Below are positions 1-10,000 of a DNA stretch of 64,000 nt, one piece after another. The stretch's first letter is position 1, and every line of letters begins with the position of its first letter. Under the pieces are notes generated by a model. The model saw only the letters and a program-made list of their open reading frames with translations. It had not been told where the DNA came from and did not search any database. This stretch comes from an uncultured bacterium (lineage in GTDB: Bacteria > Hinthialibacterota > Hinthialibacteria > OLB16), in contig CAYZUX010000003.1 in the NCBI GenBank assembly GCA_964481775.1, positions 4,419-68,418 on the forward strand. Reading direction: 5' to 3'. Made by a program: the position numbers and the translations under genes.

Positions 1-3000
1 AAACTGATAGTGGAAAGAGAAGTTTCTGTAGTAAGTGGCTTCTTTTGTAGTCGCATTATAGAGGAATGGATGGATTGTCAGCATCACCTCCTGACCTCCA
101 TCGAGACGTTCCACCACGGTCCAGTGAAATGGATCCGGAGGAAAGACTCCAGGCGATGGAGTATCGGAGGGACCCATCGGTACCTTTTGGTTCCACCATG
201 AGACTGGCAGAGTCAATCCGTTCTGATGGGATTCATTGGTGCGGGAGACCATCTGGATATCATTGACCCGGATGCCAGGTTCATAAGTCCTGATAATCCG
301 GTATGTCGGTACAAGAGGTTCCTTGACGGCATCGAGAAAGCCACCATTTTCATCATCAGGGATAGCGACATAATCGATACCATCGGTTCCAGTGTTGACC
401 ACATACATCGGCAGGGACACATTCAGGTTTTCTTCTGGAGTATCAAAGTTGGTAACTGGTATTGCGGCTTTGGGTGTGACTGCGGAGGAGCCACGGAAGG
501 GATCACCATAGATGTTATACATCAGGATCTCTCTTTTAATCACCTGGTCTTGCCAACAGGTTGTGTACCAATGGATATCGCCAGACAGGGAACGCTTGGC
601 ACCGCGAAATGCGCTTCCGATGGAGGATCCAGTCTTGTGATAATTACTGATCTTCTTTCCGAGCGCATTATTGGCGCTTCTTGGAGAGACCTCGGTCGCA
701 CCGATGAAAACAGCGGCACTTCGCCTCAAGAACTCATCTGCTAAATTGGCAAGGGATTGAATCTGACCGGTCAGACAGGCATTCGAATAAATAATTGGAA
801 ACTTGTTTCCAAATGACATTGAATTCACACTCGAGAAATCAAAAGAATCCCAGCCTCCAACAGAGCCATGGTTTCTATAGTAGAGAAAATCCGTATTATT
901 AGAATTGTCGACATACACCTTGAATTTTTCATTGGACTGGAGGTTTTTCAGACGAATAAATGTCGATTCGCTGTATCTCCCCGCAAGAAGATCACGGCAA
1001 TCGGAAGCATTACTGGAGAATTCACCTTCTCCATCACCAGTCCCGGAAATCAATAAAGCTTTGTCAAATGAAACGGGTGTTAATGCCCGTGTAAAGAGCG
1101 CACTGTAGGTGTCTGCATCATCTCCCGTGATACGTCCAACAATGAGCTCTGGAGAGTAGTGGTCGTCTTCATCGATGTTGGCATAGGTATTATCACTGAC
1201 ATCCAGCTGAAACGCATCGGTGAAAGCACAATCCAGTGTCCAGCGGAAAGAGGGCATCACAACCTGGCAGCCAACCAGCAGGAGATATCCCGCATCGAGC
1301 CAGGACTTGTTCACTTTTCCATGAAAGCGGCCTTGAATGTAGGAACGGATCTGAAACTTGTCTGGTGAGGATGTATATGCCAGGACCGCACCTCTCTGCA
1401 GGGCAAATTTGGCCATTAGCCGTGGCATCTTCTGCGCCACGGAGTTGGAGGCTGGATGCCTTGCAAAGAAACGCGACAGATTGGAAAGGATGACATAACG
1501 GGTATCCACCATTTCAAACTCAAGGGCTGCATCATCAAAGTCATGGACAGCCTGAGGGTGGGATTTAATGTAGCTGTGCCCGAAATCATCGGTGGCAGAG
1601 GAGGTACAGGTGGTGGTACGGTAGTTGACTGGCCCCCGATGGGCCAGGTAGGGTTTCACGTCAATATCCACAAAGGTGATTCCATTCGGTGAGATATCAG
1701 GGACTGGAAGTTCGGCCACGATGAGGTTGCCGACAATCGCTGAATAATCACTCATCACGCCATCTGTAAAAGGCTGGAGACCTTCGAGCTCGATGCCCAA
1801 TTTGACATGACTCGCTTTCCCGGCCCCCAAGTTATGGATTCCATAACGCAATGTCTGGTAACCATCATGAGGGATGACCAGAGCGATGGATACACTCAGG
1901 TCGGGAGCATCCTTATGGACTGTTACGACATAATCCTGCCCTTTGTTGTCATCGAGGGTTGTACTTCCCGATTGATCTGTGGCTTCAGGTCTGAACCTGA
2001 GTACGGTTTGCTGATTGAGTCCCGCAATGGAAAATGAATGGACATGTTCCCGGGTTGGATTTGCTAACGACGCGGCACCAGTCTGCTGCCAATCACCATC
2101 GCCAATTTTGTAATGAAGGTTTGAAGAGCAGAGTTCATCAGTCAGAAACGACACTGTAAACAAGGGGTCGGAGGTACGGGGGAAATAGGGGTTCCAGCGG
2201 ACACCGGCGATGACAGGGGGGTAGGGTGTGGTTCCTGAAAGATTCTGTGTCAATGGAACATAGGTGCCACCCTTGCCCTTCCCGACCAGTACGGTTACTT
2301 CCTTGTCGGCCCTGATGCGCCAAATGCCATTGTTGGAGATGACATTCGCGACCTGTGCTTCATTCACCTTCTGTATGGATTGCAGGGCTCCAGTGGTGGC
2401 ATCTCTGACCTCGACAGTGGTATTGTTCTGTAATCCTGTTACGTAGACGAAACCACCCGAATGGCTGCGAGTGATGAAATCAGTGCCCTGGAACTGGCCA
2501 TTCTGATCAAGAACATAAGTCATGTAGTTCGTGTTGTCTGCAGGGTCTGTCCCACCGATAACCGAGACCGAGGCCTTTCCTTTGGTCGTGCGGACCTTGA
2601 CCACCCGGTGATTGGGATCACTATCCCCCAGAAAGGAAAAAGTCTGGCCTTTGGCCAAGGTTCCGGAAGCAAGAACGGTGGGGGTGTCGGTATGAATCAC
2701 CTGTATCTGATATTCCGTACCATCGGCAAAACTATGAATATTCAGGAACTCATTTTCTCCATGGTAAGTTCGAAAGAATGAAAAAGGAGAGTCATCGGGG
2801 GAATAGGGAGGAACAAAATAACCAAGGTCATCGCGGGCAAGAACCTGGACTGGATTCCCGGTCACATTCATGACCGAATAATGGTTCCCTGGAGACCAGG
2901 AGTAATAAACCTCAGGATCGCTCAGGTTGAAGTTCTCACCACAGACATCAATACAGACAGTCCCGCAACAAGTCCCGCCATTGGAGCCTCCTTCAGGCGA

Positions 3001-3486
3001 AAAGATAAACATCTTGTTGTCACAAGCTCCTGTAGCACGGAGGTAAAGCTTGGAATTTAAAGCTGTGTTGCCATAAGGGGCCCCGGTGGAACGATAGTGG
3101 TAATAGCCACTGCAGGTTTCTGTTCCCGAGACACCGACAAGAACACCGGCATCGGTGGTTACAGAAATAAAGTAGAATCCGGCCGGAAGAGTGGTTTCAA
3201 AGACACGGACTCCCACAGACACTTCATCAACCACGACAGGAGGATCGGGTGCGGCTGGGTCACGGATCGTAACCACGCAACCCTGCTCAGGCTCATAGGA
3301 AAAGACAGTCACAGGACCAGGTGTGTAGAAATATCCCTCCCGTGATCCTGTGTCTTTTAATGAATCTGGAATACGAAGGTCAAGCACTTCACCCGCTTTA
3401 ACATGTCCCAAGGCCAGACACTCACTGCTTTGCAGACTTCCCAAAAGAATGGAAATGGGTACTACCAGTAATGCAATGACTCTCAT
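1..3486 (-). CDS. Peptidase C25 (gingipain-like) family multidomain secreted protease, partial (C-terminus runs off the window edge)
   Basis: Uninterrupted minus-strand reading frame from the ATG at 3486 (MRVIALLVVPISILLGSLQS..., signal-peptide-like) down to position 1. The ORF track omits it because it is open-ended. It contains ...YYRNHGSVGGWDSF...(about 33 aa)...IIYSNACLTGQ, matching the gingipain His/Cys dyad and spacing of the C25 catalytic domain. Many plus-strand 'shadow' ORFs in the track overlie it. Confidence 0.6.
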   Translation of the reverse strand, partial: MRVIALLVVPISILLGSLQSSECLALGHVKAGEVLDLRIPDSLKDTGSREGYFYTPGPVTVFSYEPEQGCVVTIRDPAAPDPPVVVDEVSVGVRVFETTLPAGFYFISVTTDAGVLVGVSGTETCSGYYHYRSTGAPYGNTALNSKLYLRATGACDNKMFIFSPEGGSNGGTCCGTVCIDVCGENFNLSDPEVYYSWSPGNHYSVMNVTGNPVQVLARDDLGYFVPPYSPDDSPFSFFRTYHGENEFLNIHSFADGTEYQIQVIHTDTPTVLASGTLAKGQTFSFLGDSDPNHRVVKVRTTKGKASVSVIGGTDPADNTNYMTYVLDQNGQFQGTDFITRSHSGGFVYVTGLQNNTTVEVRDATTGALQSIQKVNEAQVANVISNNGIWRIRADKEVTVLVGKGKGGTYVPLTQNLSGTTPYPPVIAGVRWNPYFPRTSDPLFTVSFLTDELCSSNLHYKIGDGDWQQTGAASLANPTREHVHSFSIAGLNQQTVLRFRPEATDQSGSTTLDDNKGQDYVVTVHKDAPDLSVSIALVIPHDGYQTLRYGIHNLGAGKASHVKLGIELEGLQPFTDGVMSDYSAIVGNLIVAELPVPDISPNGITFVDIDVKPYLAHRGPVNYRTTTCTSSATDDFGHSYIKSHPQAVHDFDDAALEFEMVDTRYVILSNLSRFFARHPASNSVAQKMPRLMAKFALQRGAVLAYTSSPDKFQIRSYIQGRFHGKVNKSWLDAGYLLLVGCQVVMPSFRWTLDCAFTDAFQLDVSDNTYANIDEDDHYSPELIVGRITGDDADTYSALFTRALTPVSFDKALLISGTGDGEGEFSSNASDCRDLLAGRYSESTFIRLKNLQSNEKFKVYVDNSNNTDFLYYRNHGSVGGWDSFDFSSVNSMSFGNKFPIIYSNACLTGQIQSLANLADEFLRRSAAVFIGATEVSPRSANNALGKKISNYHKTGSSIGSAFRGAKRSLSGDIHWYTTCWQDQVIKREILMYNIYGDPFRGSSAVTPKAAIPVTNFDTPEENLNVSLPMYVVNTGTDGIDYVAIPDDENGGFLDAVKEPLVPTYRIIRTYEPGIRVNDIQMVSRTNESHQNGLTLPVSWWNQKVPMGPSDTPSPGVFPPDPFHWTVVERLDGGQEVMLTIHPFLYNATTKEATYYRNFSFHYQF

Positions 3487-3902
3487 CACTTTTCTTTCCT
3501 CCGAATGTGAGAACAACCTGACCAAAAGAAACTCGGAGCAGTAGTGGTGTGAGGTAGAGAGAAATCTCAAGCAAGTGCAACTGGCTGATTTACCTTGTAG
3601 TAGTAATATCTCAGATGTTACACCAGATCGTTGACCTCTTTGGGATCACTCGATTACAGACCAACATAGAAACCATGGGATTCCCCGGTTTCGTCTTGAT
3701 TTTGCAGCCTAAAAATCCAGTTGTCAAGCTTGAAAAATGAAAAACACAAAATGGATTCATGGTCTGACTTAAAAAAAATTGGAGAGAGTAACTGCTGAAA
3801 AGTAATGGATAATATAAGAACCAGCTAACCCTCTTTTCGAACTCACACGAATGATAGATACTGTCTCAAACCAATTGGATGATTTTCCATATGAAGATCC
3901 AC

Positions 3903-5885
3903 ATGACCACCAAACGAAGATATATATACCGGTTTGGGATCATCCTCTGTATGGTCCTTATTGGAATCACATGGGCCAGTGAACCAATAAGCCCCGGAAC
4001 CCCTCCCAAACAGAACGATAGCATTGATGCCACGGTTGCCTTTTCTACTGTTTTGCTGAACTGGCCTGAGGTGATTGACAAAGCCAAGGCCTTCCAGACA
4101 ACTGACGACAGAAGCTCACGCATCAACGCCGGCGCATCTGAAGCCTGCTCGCTCCCCATCGTCCAACGGGCCAGGCATCTGGGAGAGGTCGGCCAGAACC
4201 GCACCTGGCTGGATGGCAGAAGCCAGGTGTTGGAGGATGAGATTCGGGAAACCTTTGCACTTGCCATGTCGGATTTTGGAGCTTGCCGTTTGCTTTCAGC
4301 GGAACTGCCACTCCTGGCCGCGGGATTCCGATTGACAGGAGATACAAAACTACAGGAACGTATCCTTGCCCAACTGCGTGAAATGGTATCCTGGTCCCCC
4401 CTTCAACGACCCGGATGGACACTTTACACCCCGGGAAATCGACTCCCGCCAGATGGCAAAGATGGGAACTGGCTGGCCACCGGATGTGGAATCCGTGCAC
4501 TCGGCGATACCCTGGAGCTGATGCCAGCCTCATCCATCCCTGAAGACCTTCACGCTGAACTTGTTGCCCTGCTGGAAAAAGAAGTTGGGAGTATTGTCGA
4601 CGATTGGCGCACCCAGAGGCCCTGGTTTGTGCGGGATGAAAATCCTGTCACCAACCAGTGGGTCCTGCCGACTGAAGGCCTGGTGCGTGCTTGCCTGATC
4701 CTTGGGAGAACCAGGCACGCTGAAGCGTATGAGCTGGGGGTGACCAATCTCATCAAGGCCCTGGATGCGCACGGACAAAAGGGGGAGTTCGAGGAAGGTT
4801 TTGGATATGCCTCATTCACCATGGAATCTCTGCTCCATGCGGCTCATGCCATGGCTGTCCAGGGAGATCGCCGTGCCTTGGATCATCCTTTTCTCCGAAA
4901 CTTTCCCACCTGGCTGGTTCACCATTTTCAACCCGGCGGGTATGTGATCAACTGTTTCGATGCCGGCCCTGCTTTTAATGCCGCCGAGAAAATCCGGCCG
5001 CTTCTCTCTCTCATCGCATTCTGCACAGGAGATCCCGTGGCCCGCTGGGCGCTCCGTTTCCAGACCCAGGGTCCCTCGGATGACCTTGCCGGACTGGCCG
5101 CATCGACATTGCCGGAAGCCATACCCAGCGATGCTCCACCCCTCTTTGCTGCTTATGAGAGAGCCACACGAGTGAATTGGCGGAGTAGTTGGGACCGGGA
5201 TGCCACCGGTGTCTGGGTACGCGGAGGGCACCCTCTCGATCAACATGACCACCAGGATCGTGGGCATGTGAACTTCATCGTGCATGGCAAGCCTTTGTTG
5301 ATCGAGGCAGGAACTCCTTCCTATGATCACAAACGGATGATGACGCATTACTCCTCGTGCCTGGGGCACAATGTGCTTCAAATTGGCACACAAATGCCCA
5401 AGGAGGAGGGTACGGCGGCGGGCAAGGAGGTCCTGCTTCCCGGTTGGCAGAAAGTGGGGTGCGCCGCTCCTCTCCGTGTGGATCTTCTCGGCCCCACCGG
5501 GGGTAGTGTGGAAGCTGACTGCTCGGTTTGTTACGAGAACCTGAAATGTTGGAAGCGTCGAGTCACCTGGTCATCCACCGTCCTCGATGTCACCGATGAG
5601 GTTGAGCTTGCCACCGGTACAAACCCGGAGATTCTCACCTTCCGCTGGCATCTGGGAACCGAGGAACCTGTTCGGATCGAAGCCAGCCGGGCGATCTGGA
5701 GGGATGGTGTGATCCAACTTCAGGCCGATGCCCCGATTTTACTCACCCAGACACAGACGCCCGACAACACACTGGAGGGACATGATGGGAGTGAAGATCC
5801 CAAGAACATTCACACTTGCCTGATAGTGCAAACCAAGGAGGCTGTCAAAAAACTCCGGTTAAGGACTCACCTTCAGCCACAATAA
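3903..5885 (+). CDS. Heparinase II/III-like polysaccharide lyase family protein (secreted)
   Basis: 668-aa ORF with a signal-peptide-like N-terminus (MTTKRRYIYRFGIILCMVLIGITWA; the alternative ATG at 3879 is in frame). The C-terminal region GGHPLDQHDHQDRGHVNFIVHGKPLLIEAG resembles the His-rich heparinase II/III C-domain motif. Confidence 0.5.
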   Translation: MTTKRRYIYRFGIILCMVLIGITWASEPISPGTPPKQNDSIDATVAFSTVLLNWPEVIDKAKAFQTTDDRSSRINAGASEACSLPIVQRARHLGEVGQNRTWLDGRSQVLEDEIRETFALAMSDFGACRLLSAELPLLAAGFRLTGDTKLQERILAQLREMVSWSPLQRPGWTLYTPGNRLPPDGKDGNWLATGCGIRALGDTLELMPASSIPEDLHAELVALLEKEVGSIVDDWRTQRPWFVRDENPVTNQWVLPTEGLVRACLILGRTRHAEAYELGVTNLIKALDAHGQKGEFEEGFGYASFTMESLLHAAHAMAVQGDRRALDHPFLRNFPTWLVHHFQPGGYVINCFDAGPAFNAAEKIRPLLSLIAFCTGDPVARWALRFQTQGPSDDLAGLAASTLPEAIPSDAPPLFAAYERATRVNWRSSWDRDATGVWVRGGHPLDQHDHQDRGHVNFIVHGKPLLIEAGTPSYDHKRMMTHYSSCLGHNVLQIGTQMPKEEGTAAGKEVLLPGWQKVGCAAPLRVDLLGPTGGSVEADCSVCYENLKCWKRRVTWSSTVLDVTDEVELATGTNPEILTFRWHLGTEEPVRIEASRAIWRDGVIQLQADAPILLTQTQTPDNTLEGHDGSEDPKNIHTCLIVQTKEAVKKLRLRTHLQPQ

Positions 5886-5972
5886 TCCCATCTCCCTTCC
5901 CCTGGTCCTGCAATTTGTGGGATCTGTGATATATTGATAACAGTGTTTGTTCTATAAGAAAGCGAGATCCGC

Positions 5973-6863
5973 ATGACGAACCTGAGCAAGAGACACCCCA
6001 TCGTTCCAGGGGCAATCCTGATCCTCCTCCTGGCACTGCCATCCAGTGCGGAGAGCCTCCGTTTCGATCTGCCTGGTCTCCCCAAAGATGCCCGTCCCCT
6101 GCGTATGATCCAGATCCCGGCTGGCTCTTTCGAGATGGGGTCGGTGACCGAGGGTGATTTTCCTCTCGAGGATGAATCCCCCCTTCACAAGGTGACCATC
6201 AACTATGACTTCTATATGGGAGAAACCGAGGTTACCCAGGCCCAATGGGTAGCGGTCATGGGTGGTCTACCGGATGAGCTTTTGGAAACTCCCTTTGGTG
6301 AAGGAGATGATTACCCCATCTATGATGTTTCCTGGACCGATATCTGCGGGCCAGATGGGTTTCTGGAGAGACTCAATGCCCGAACCCAGGGGCATTTCCG
6401 TCTGCCCTCGGAGTCGGAATGGGAATATGCCTGCCGGGCAGGCACCGATACGACCTTCTGGTATGGTGACACCGCGGAATGTGAACTGGACCTCTCGAAC
6501 TGCCTGGCAGAGAATGCCCATGGATTCCGCTCCAGCCACATGTGGTTTGGATGGAGCAATGGTTCGAACCGGTTTCCCAAAGGGACCAAGCCTGTCGCCC
6601 AGTTATCTCCCAATCCCTTCGGGTTATACGACATGCATGGGAATGTGTGGGAGTGGTGCCAGGACTGGTATGATGACACCTATGCCGGAAAACCCACGGA
6701 TGGCCGGGCCAACGAGCAACCTGGCATCCTCAGGATGCGGGTTTTTCGCGGGGGACACTGGGGGGACATCGCCTGGTATTGCCGTTCTTCTTCACGTTCC
6801 TACTGTGACCCGGAGGACCGTAGCGCGATCCGTGGATTCAGACTGGTCTGGACGAAGGAGTAG
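5973..6863 (+). CDS. Formylglycine-generating enzyme (FGE)/sulfatase-modifying-factor domain protein
   Basis: Signal peptide followed by the hallmark motifs RLPSESEWEYACRAG, YDMHGNVWEWCQDWY and GFRLV of the FGE-sulfatase (SUMF1) fold. Confidence 0.8.
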   Translation: MTNLSKRHPIVPGAILILLLALPSSAESLRFDLPGLPKDARPLRMIQIPAGSFEMGSVTEGDFPLEDESPLHKVTINYDFYMGETEVTQAQWVAVMGGLPDELLETPFGEGDDYPIYDVSWTDICGPDGFLERLNARTQGHFRLPSESEWEYACRAGTDTTFWYGDTAECELDLSNCLAENAHGFRSSHMWFGWSNGSNRFPKGTKPVAQLSPNPFGLYDMHGNVWEWCQDWYDDTYAGKPTDGRANEQPGILRMRVFRGGHWGDIAWYCRSSSRSYCDPEDRSAIRGFRLVWTKE

Positions 6864-6866
6864 AAT

Positions 6867-8276
6867 CTACTTCCCCCACCCTTTCACCACGAGGCTCTTC
6901 ATTTCAACCTCTCCATTTAGCGGCTCAAGGGATACCCCGCCTTGGGGGTAATCGTAGATCCGCATCGTCAGACAGTAAGCATCATTCACAAAGCACTCGC
7001 AGACTGTCCCCATCACAAAGAGCCGTACATCCACGGGCTTTGTTCCATCCAGATCTGCGGAACACTTGTACGAAACCTGTTTCCCCCCAAGTTCGATCTC
7101 ACATGCCTTGAAATCGACAGATAACCGGTAACCCGCCGAAGGGTCTTCTTCGGGTTGACGGAAGACAAGAACTGCCTTCGCTCCAGATGACGCGGGATGA
7201 ATCTGGCCATGCAGCATGTAATCGGGGGGCACTTCGAGCCTCTGCCCTGGAGAAAGATGGTTGGGCACACCCATCACCGGGTTGTCGAAAGCCGCGATGA
7301 CCTCATGGACCGGGCGCTCACGGAGACAGCCTTGGCCATCGGCATAAAGCTCGCGCGGCATACACAGGACACCCCCCCACTGGCCTTGGCCTGCATCATG
7401 ATCGCCCTCACGGTGCCCGATCCATCCCATGAGAATGCGTCGTTTCCCATCGAAAAGGGTCTTTGGCACAAAGAGCTCACCCCACTCATAGGGGATCATT
7501 TCCGGACAGTAGGGACCCGCCACCTTGTCTGATTTGGTGTAATGACGGTCCGCGCCGAGAAGGTACCAGTGTGGCCCCATCTCGAAGAGATGCGGACAAT
7601 CGCCTGAGACTGCCTTGGGATAGACCAGAAGCGGATTATGTGGTTGCCAATGATTCAGATCGGTAGAGACATACAACCCGAAGGCAGGCGAGGATCCATC
7701 TGCCAGGGCCGCATGGAGCAACATCCACCACTTCCCCTCCCCCGCATTCCAGAATACCTCCGGATCGCGGAAAGCCTGGTGGTGGTAGATCAACTTGTCA
7801 TCGATGGGGCCATTGACCGGCTTGCTCCAGTAGATCTTACCATCCGCATAGAAGGTGTTCTCCGGGTGCTTGCTCCATGCGATCAGATCCTGGCTGGTGG
7901 CCATCATCACTTTCTGATCGCCGAGTGGGTCGGCGCTGTTCTTACCGGTGTAAAAGAGGAAAAAGGTCCTTTGGTGTTCAATAATGCTGCCTGTCCAGCA
8001 GCTCTCCCCATCTGGAGAGGTGCTTCCCTCCCCTTTCTGGAGCGCATCCGGGAGTGGTTCCCAATGAAGGAGATCGCGGCTGGCGAGATGCCCCCAACTG
8101 GACCCTTTCAGGTAGAAAAGATGGTAGGTCCCCTCCCAGAAGTAGGGGATGGTGTCACCCAATACCCCATCCTTGGGCTGGAAATGCAGCAGATCGGGGG
8201 GAGTTTGGGGTTCTCCCGCTACAGCAGAAAGAGCGCATAAAAGAACCAAGAGGGTCGTTACGAACCGTTGACGCAT
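6867..8276 (-). CDS. Glycoside hydrolase family 32-like beta-propeller hydrolase (beta-fructofuranosidase/levanase-like), secreted
   Basis: Motifs WEGTYHLFYL (N-terminal nucleophile region), FRDPEVFW (the RDP motif) and GDCPHLFEMG (EC motif region) are typical of the GH32/GH-J clan. Start is chosen at MRQRFVTTLLVLLCALSAVAG (signal peptide); the track ORF extends to 8315. Its stop is only 3 bp from the convergent FGE stop. Confidence 0.6.
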   Translation of the reverse strand: MRQRFVTTLLVLLCALSAVAGEPQTPPDLLHFQPKDGVLGDTIPYFWEGTYHLFYLKGSSWGHLASRDLLHWEPLPDALQKGEGSTSPDGESCWTGSIIEHQRTFFLFYTGKNSADPLGDQKVMMATSQDLIAWSKHPENTFYADGKIYWSKPVNGPIDDKLIYHHQAFRDPEVFWNAGEGKWWMLLHAALADGSSPAFGLYVSTDLNHWQPHNPLLVYPKAVSGDCPHLFEMGPHWYLLGADRHYTKSDKVAGPYCPEMIPYEWGELFVPKTLFDGKRRILMGWIGHREGDHDAGQGQWGGVLCMPRELYADGQGCLRERPVHEVIAAFDNPVMGVPNHLSPGQRLEVPPDYMLHGQIHPASSGAKAVLVFRQPEEDPSAGYRLSVDFKACEIELGGKQVSYKCSADLDGTKPVDVRLFVMGTVCECFVNDAYCLTMRIYDYPQGGVSLEPLNGEVEMKSLVVKGWGK

Positions 8277-8325
8277 CGGTCTCACTGTTCTCCTGAGGAT
8301 CGAATGATGGCACAATCATCTTCTC

Positions 8326-9813
8326 ATGATCCAGCTCCTCTGTCTGTCTCTTTGGACATTCCTTTTCTTTTCACCACCACTCCAGGCGGGGGATCAACCC
8401 CAATGGGGGCAACTTCATTCGCGGAATATGGTTTCCAGCGAGACCGGACTCCCCACCACCTTCGATCCTGAAAGCGGGCTGAACATCAAGTGGTCGGTGG
8501 AACTCGGTCAGAACTCCTACTCCACGCCCATTATCTCCCAGGGCAAGGTCCTTGTTGGAACCGACAACTCAATACCACGCGACCCGAAATGGGAGGGAGA
8601 CCGTGCGGTCCTGCTCTGCCTGTCCGAGAAGGATGGCTCCCTCCTCTGGCATCTACCGATCCCCAAGTTCACGGATTACCAGGATTGGCCAGGGATCGGC
8701 CTGGTGACTGTACCCTCGGTCGAGGAGGACCGGATCTACATGCTCACCAACCGGTGCGAGGTCATGTGCCTTGACCTTAATGGCCTGGCGGATGGGAATG
8801 ATGGACCATACAAGGATGAATCCACCTATCTCTCTCCTCCGGGGGAGCAAATCGAGTTGGGGCCTTTGGATGGAGACATCCTGTGGGTGACCAGCCTGAT
8901 CGAGAAGCTGGGGGTTCATCCGCATGATGCGACCCATGGCTCGGTTCTTATCAAGGACAATCGGCTGTATGTCTGCACCTCCAATGGAGTCGATGCCTAT
9001 CACAAGTACATTCCCTCGCTGGAGGCTCCCGGGATCGCAGTTCTCGACAAGGCGACTGGGAGGATAGTGGGTGTCGATGGGGAGAACATGGGGCCGCGCA
9101 CGGTGCATTGTACCTGGTCTTCGCCCTCCTATGGACTGGTGAATGGAAAGGGGCTGATCTGCTTTGGGGGAGGGGATGGTGTCTGCTATGGCTTCGAACC
9201 TGTGCCCGAGGTGATCGCCGCCACAGAGACCACGGTTCTCCGGCGAGTCTGGCGGTTCGATTGCGATCCGGAAGGCCCCAAGGAGAATGTTCACCAGTAC
9301 AAAGGGAACCTCAAGGTCAGCCCGAGTAATATCACCGGGATGCCGGTCTTTGTGGATGGATGGGTGTATGTCGAGGCAGGGGGCGATCTCTGGCATGGCA
9401 AGACCGAGGTCTGGCTGAAGTGCATCGATGCCTCACAAACCGGGACAGTTACCCGGAGCGCAGAGGTTTGGTCCTATCCCCTGGTAGATCACTGTATGTC
9501 CACTCCTGCGGTGACAGATGATCTCGTGTTCATCGGCGACTGTGGGCACACCATTCACTGTATCGACAGGAAGACAGGTCAGGGTTGCTGGACACAGGAT
9601 GCGGGTGGGGAGATCTGGGGATCGCCCCTGGTGGCGGATGGAAGGGTCTACATCGGCGCGAGGAGTGGAGATTTCTGGATTTTCGCGGCGAAGAGAGAGA
9701 AGAAAGTCCTTTCCCATATCGACATGAAGGCCCCTGTCCAGGGCACCCCCAGCGCCGCGAATGGGGTTCTCTATGTCGCTTCGATGAACCGGTTATATGC
9801 GGTTTCCAAGTAG
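8326..9813 (+). CDS. PQQ-like (BamB-type) beta-propeller repeat protein, secreted
   Basis: 495 aa with a hydrophobic N-terminus and repeated ...W..G.....PVV.DG.VYVGS/D... style blades (LLWHLPI, RLYVCTSNG, GWVYVEAGGD, GRVYIGARSGDFWIF, GVLYVASMNRLYAV). Confidence 0.6.
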   Translation: MIQLLCLSLWTFLFFSPPLQAGDQPQWGQLHSRNMVSSETGLPTTFDPESGLNIKWSVELGQNSYSTPIISQGKVLVGTDNSIPRDPKWEGDRAVLLCLSEKDGSLLWHLPIPKFTDYQDWPGIGLVTVPSVEEDRIYMLTNRCEVMCLDLNGLADGNDGPYKDESTYLSPPGEQIELGPLDGDILWVTSLIEKLGVHPHDATHGSVLIKDNRLYVCTSNGVDAYHKYIPSLEAPGIAVLDKATGRIVGVDGENMGPRTVHCTWSSPSYGLVNGKGLICFGGGDGVCYGFEPVPEVIAATETTVLRRVWRFDCDPEGPKENVHQYKGNLKVSPSNITGMPVFVDGWVYVEAGGDLWHGKTEVWLKCIDASQTGTVTRSAEVWSYPLVDHCMSTPAVTDDLVFIGDCGHTIHCIDRKTGQGCWTQDAGGEIWGSPLVADGRVYIGARSGDFWIFAAKREKKVLSHIDMKAPVQGTPSAANGVLYVASMNRLYAVSK

Positions 9814-9890
9814 CCCCAAGCAACCTACCCCAACGAGAGTAATTCCTTCAAATCTTCAATACGTAAATCGGTTTATGAATGACTCTATCA

Positions 9891-9919
9891 TTGACGGGTC
9901 CGGTTCACTTCGGTATGAT
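9891..9919 (+). promoter_or_regulatory. Sigma70-like promoter (TTGACG-17 bp-TATGAT) upstream of the first pseudopilin paralog
   Basis: TTGACG at 9891-9896 and TATGAT at 9914-9919 with an exact 17-bp spacer, about 80 bp upstream of the ATG at 10001. Confidence 0.4.
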
Positions 9920-10000
9920 TCCACTCATCTAGTTTCTTCAGAAAATGGCTCCCGGTTTGATCTGAAGGACGGAATCATCGCCAGCTGAGGGAATCGTCCC

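Noticed and set aside
226-3345. Numerous 60-170-aa plus-strand ORFs in the track across 1-3500 (e.g. 226..744, 2461..2781, 3097..3345)
   Set aside because: They lie antisense to or out of frame with a continuous >1160-aa minus-strand reading frame encoding the C25 protease. Their compositions are low-complexity translations of the opposite strand. They are shadow ORFs.
4123-5393. Minus-strand ORFs 4123..4533, 4550..4822 and 4812..5393 inside the heparinase-like gene
   Set aside because: They are entirely contained in a longer plus-strand ORF with family-specific motifs. They have no RBS and Arg/Pro-rich compositions typical of antisense frames.
6541-6560. tRNA-like T-arm string GGTTCGAACCGG inside the FGE gene
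   Set aside because: It is isolated within a well-supported coding frame, with no acceptor, D or anticodon stems around it. It is a chance match.
9661-9690. Repeat-like string AGGAGTGGAGATTTCTGGATTTTCGCGG inside the PQQ-propeller gene
   Set aside because: It resembles the repeat terminus only partially and has no inverted partner. It encodes conserved propeller residues (RSGDFWIFAAK), so the similarity is coincidental.
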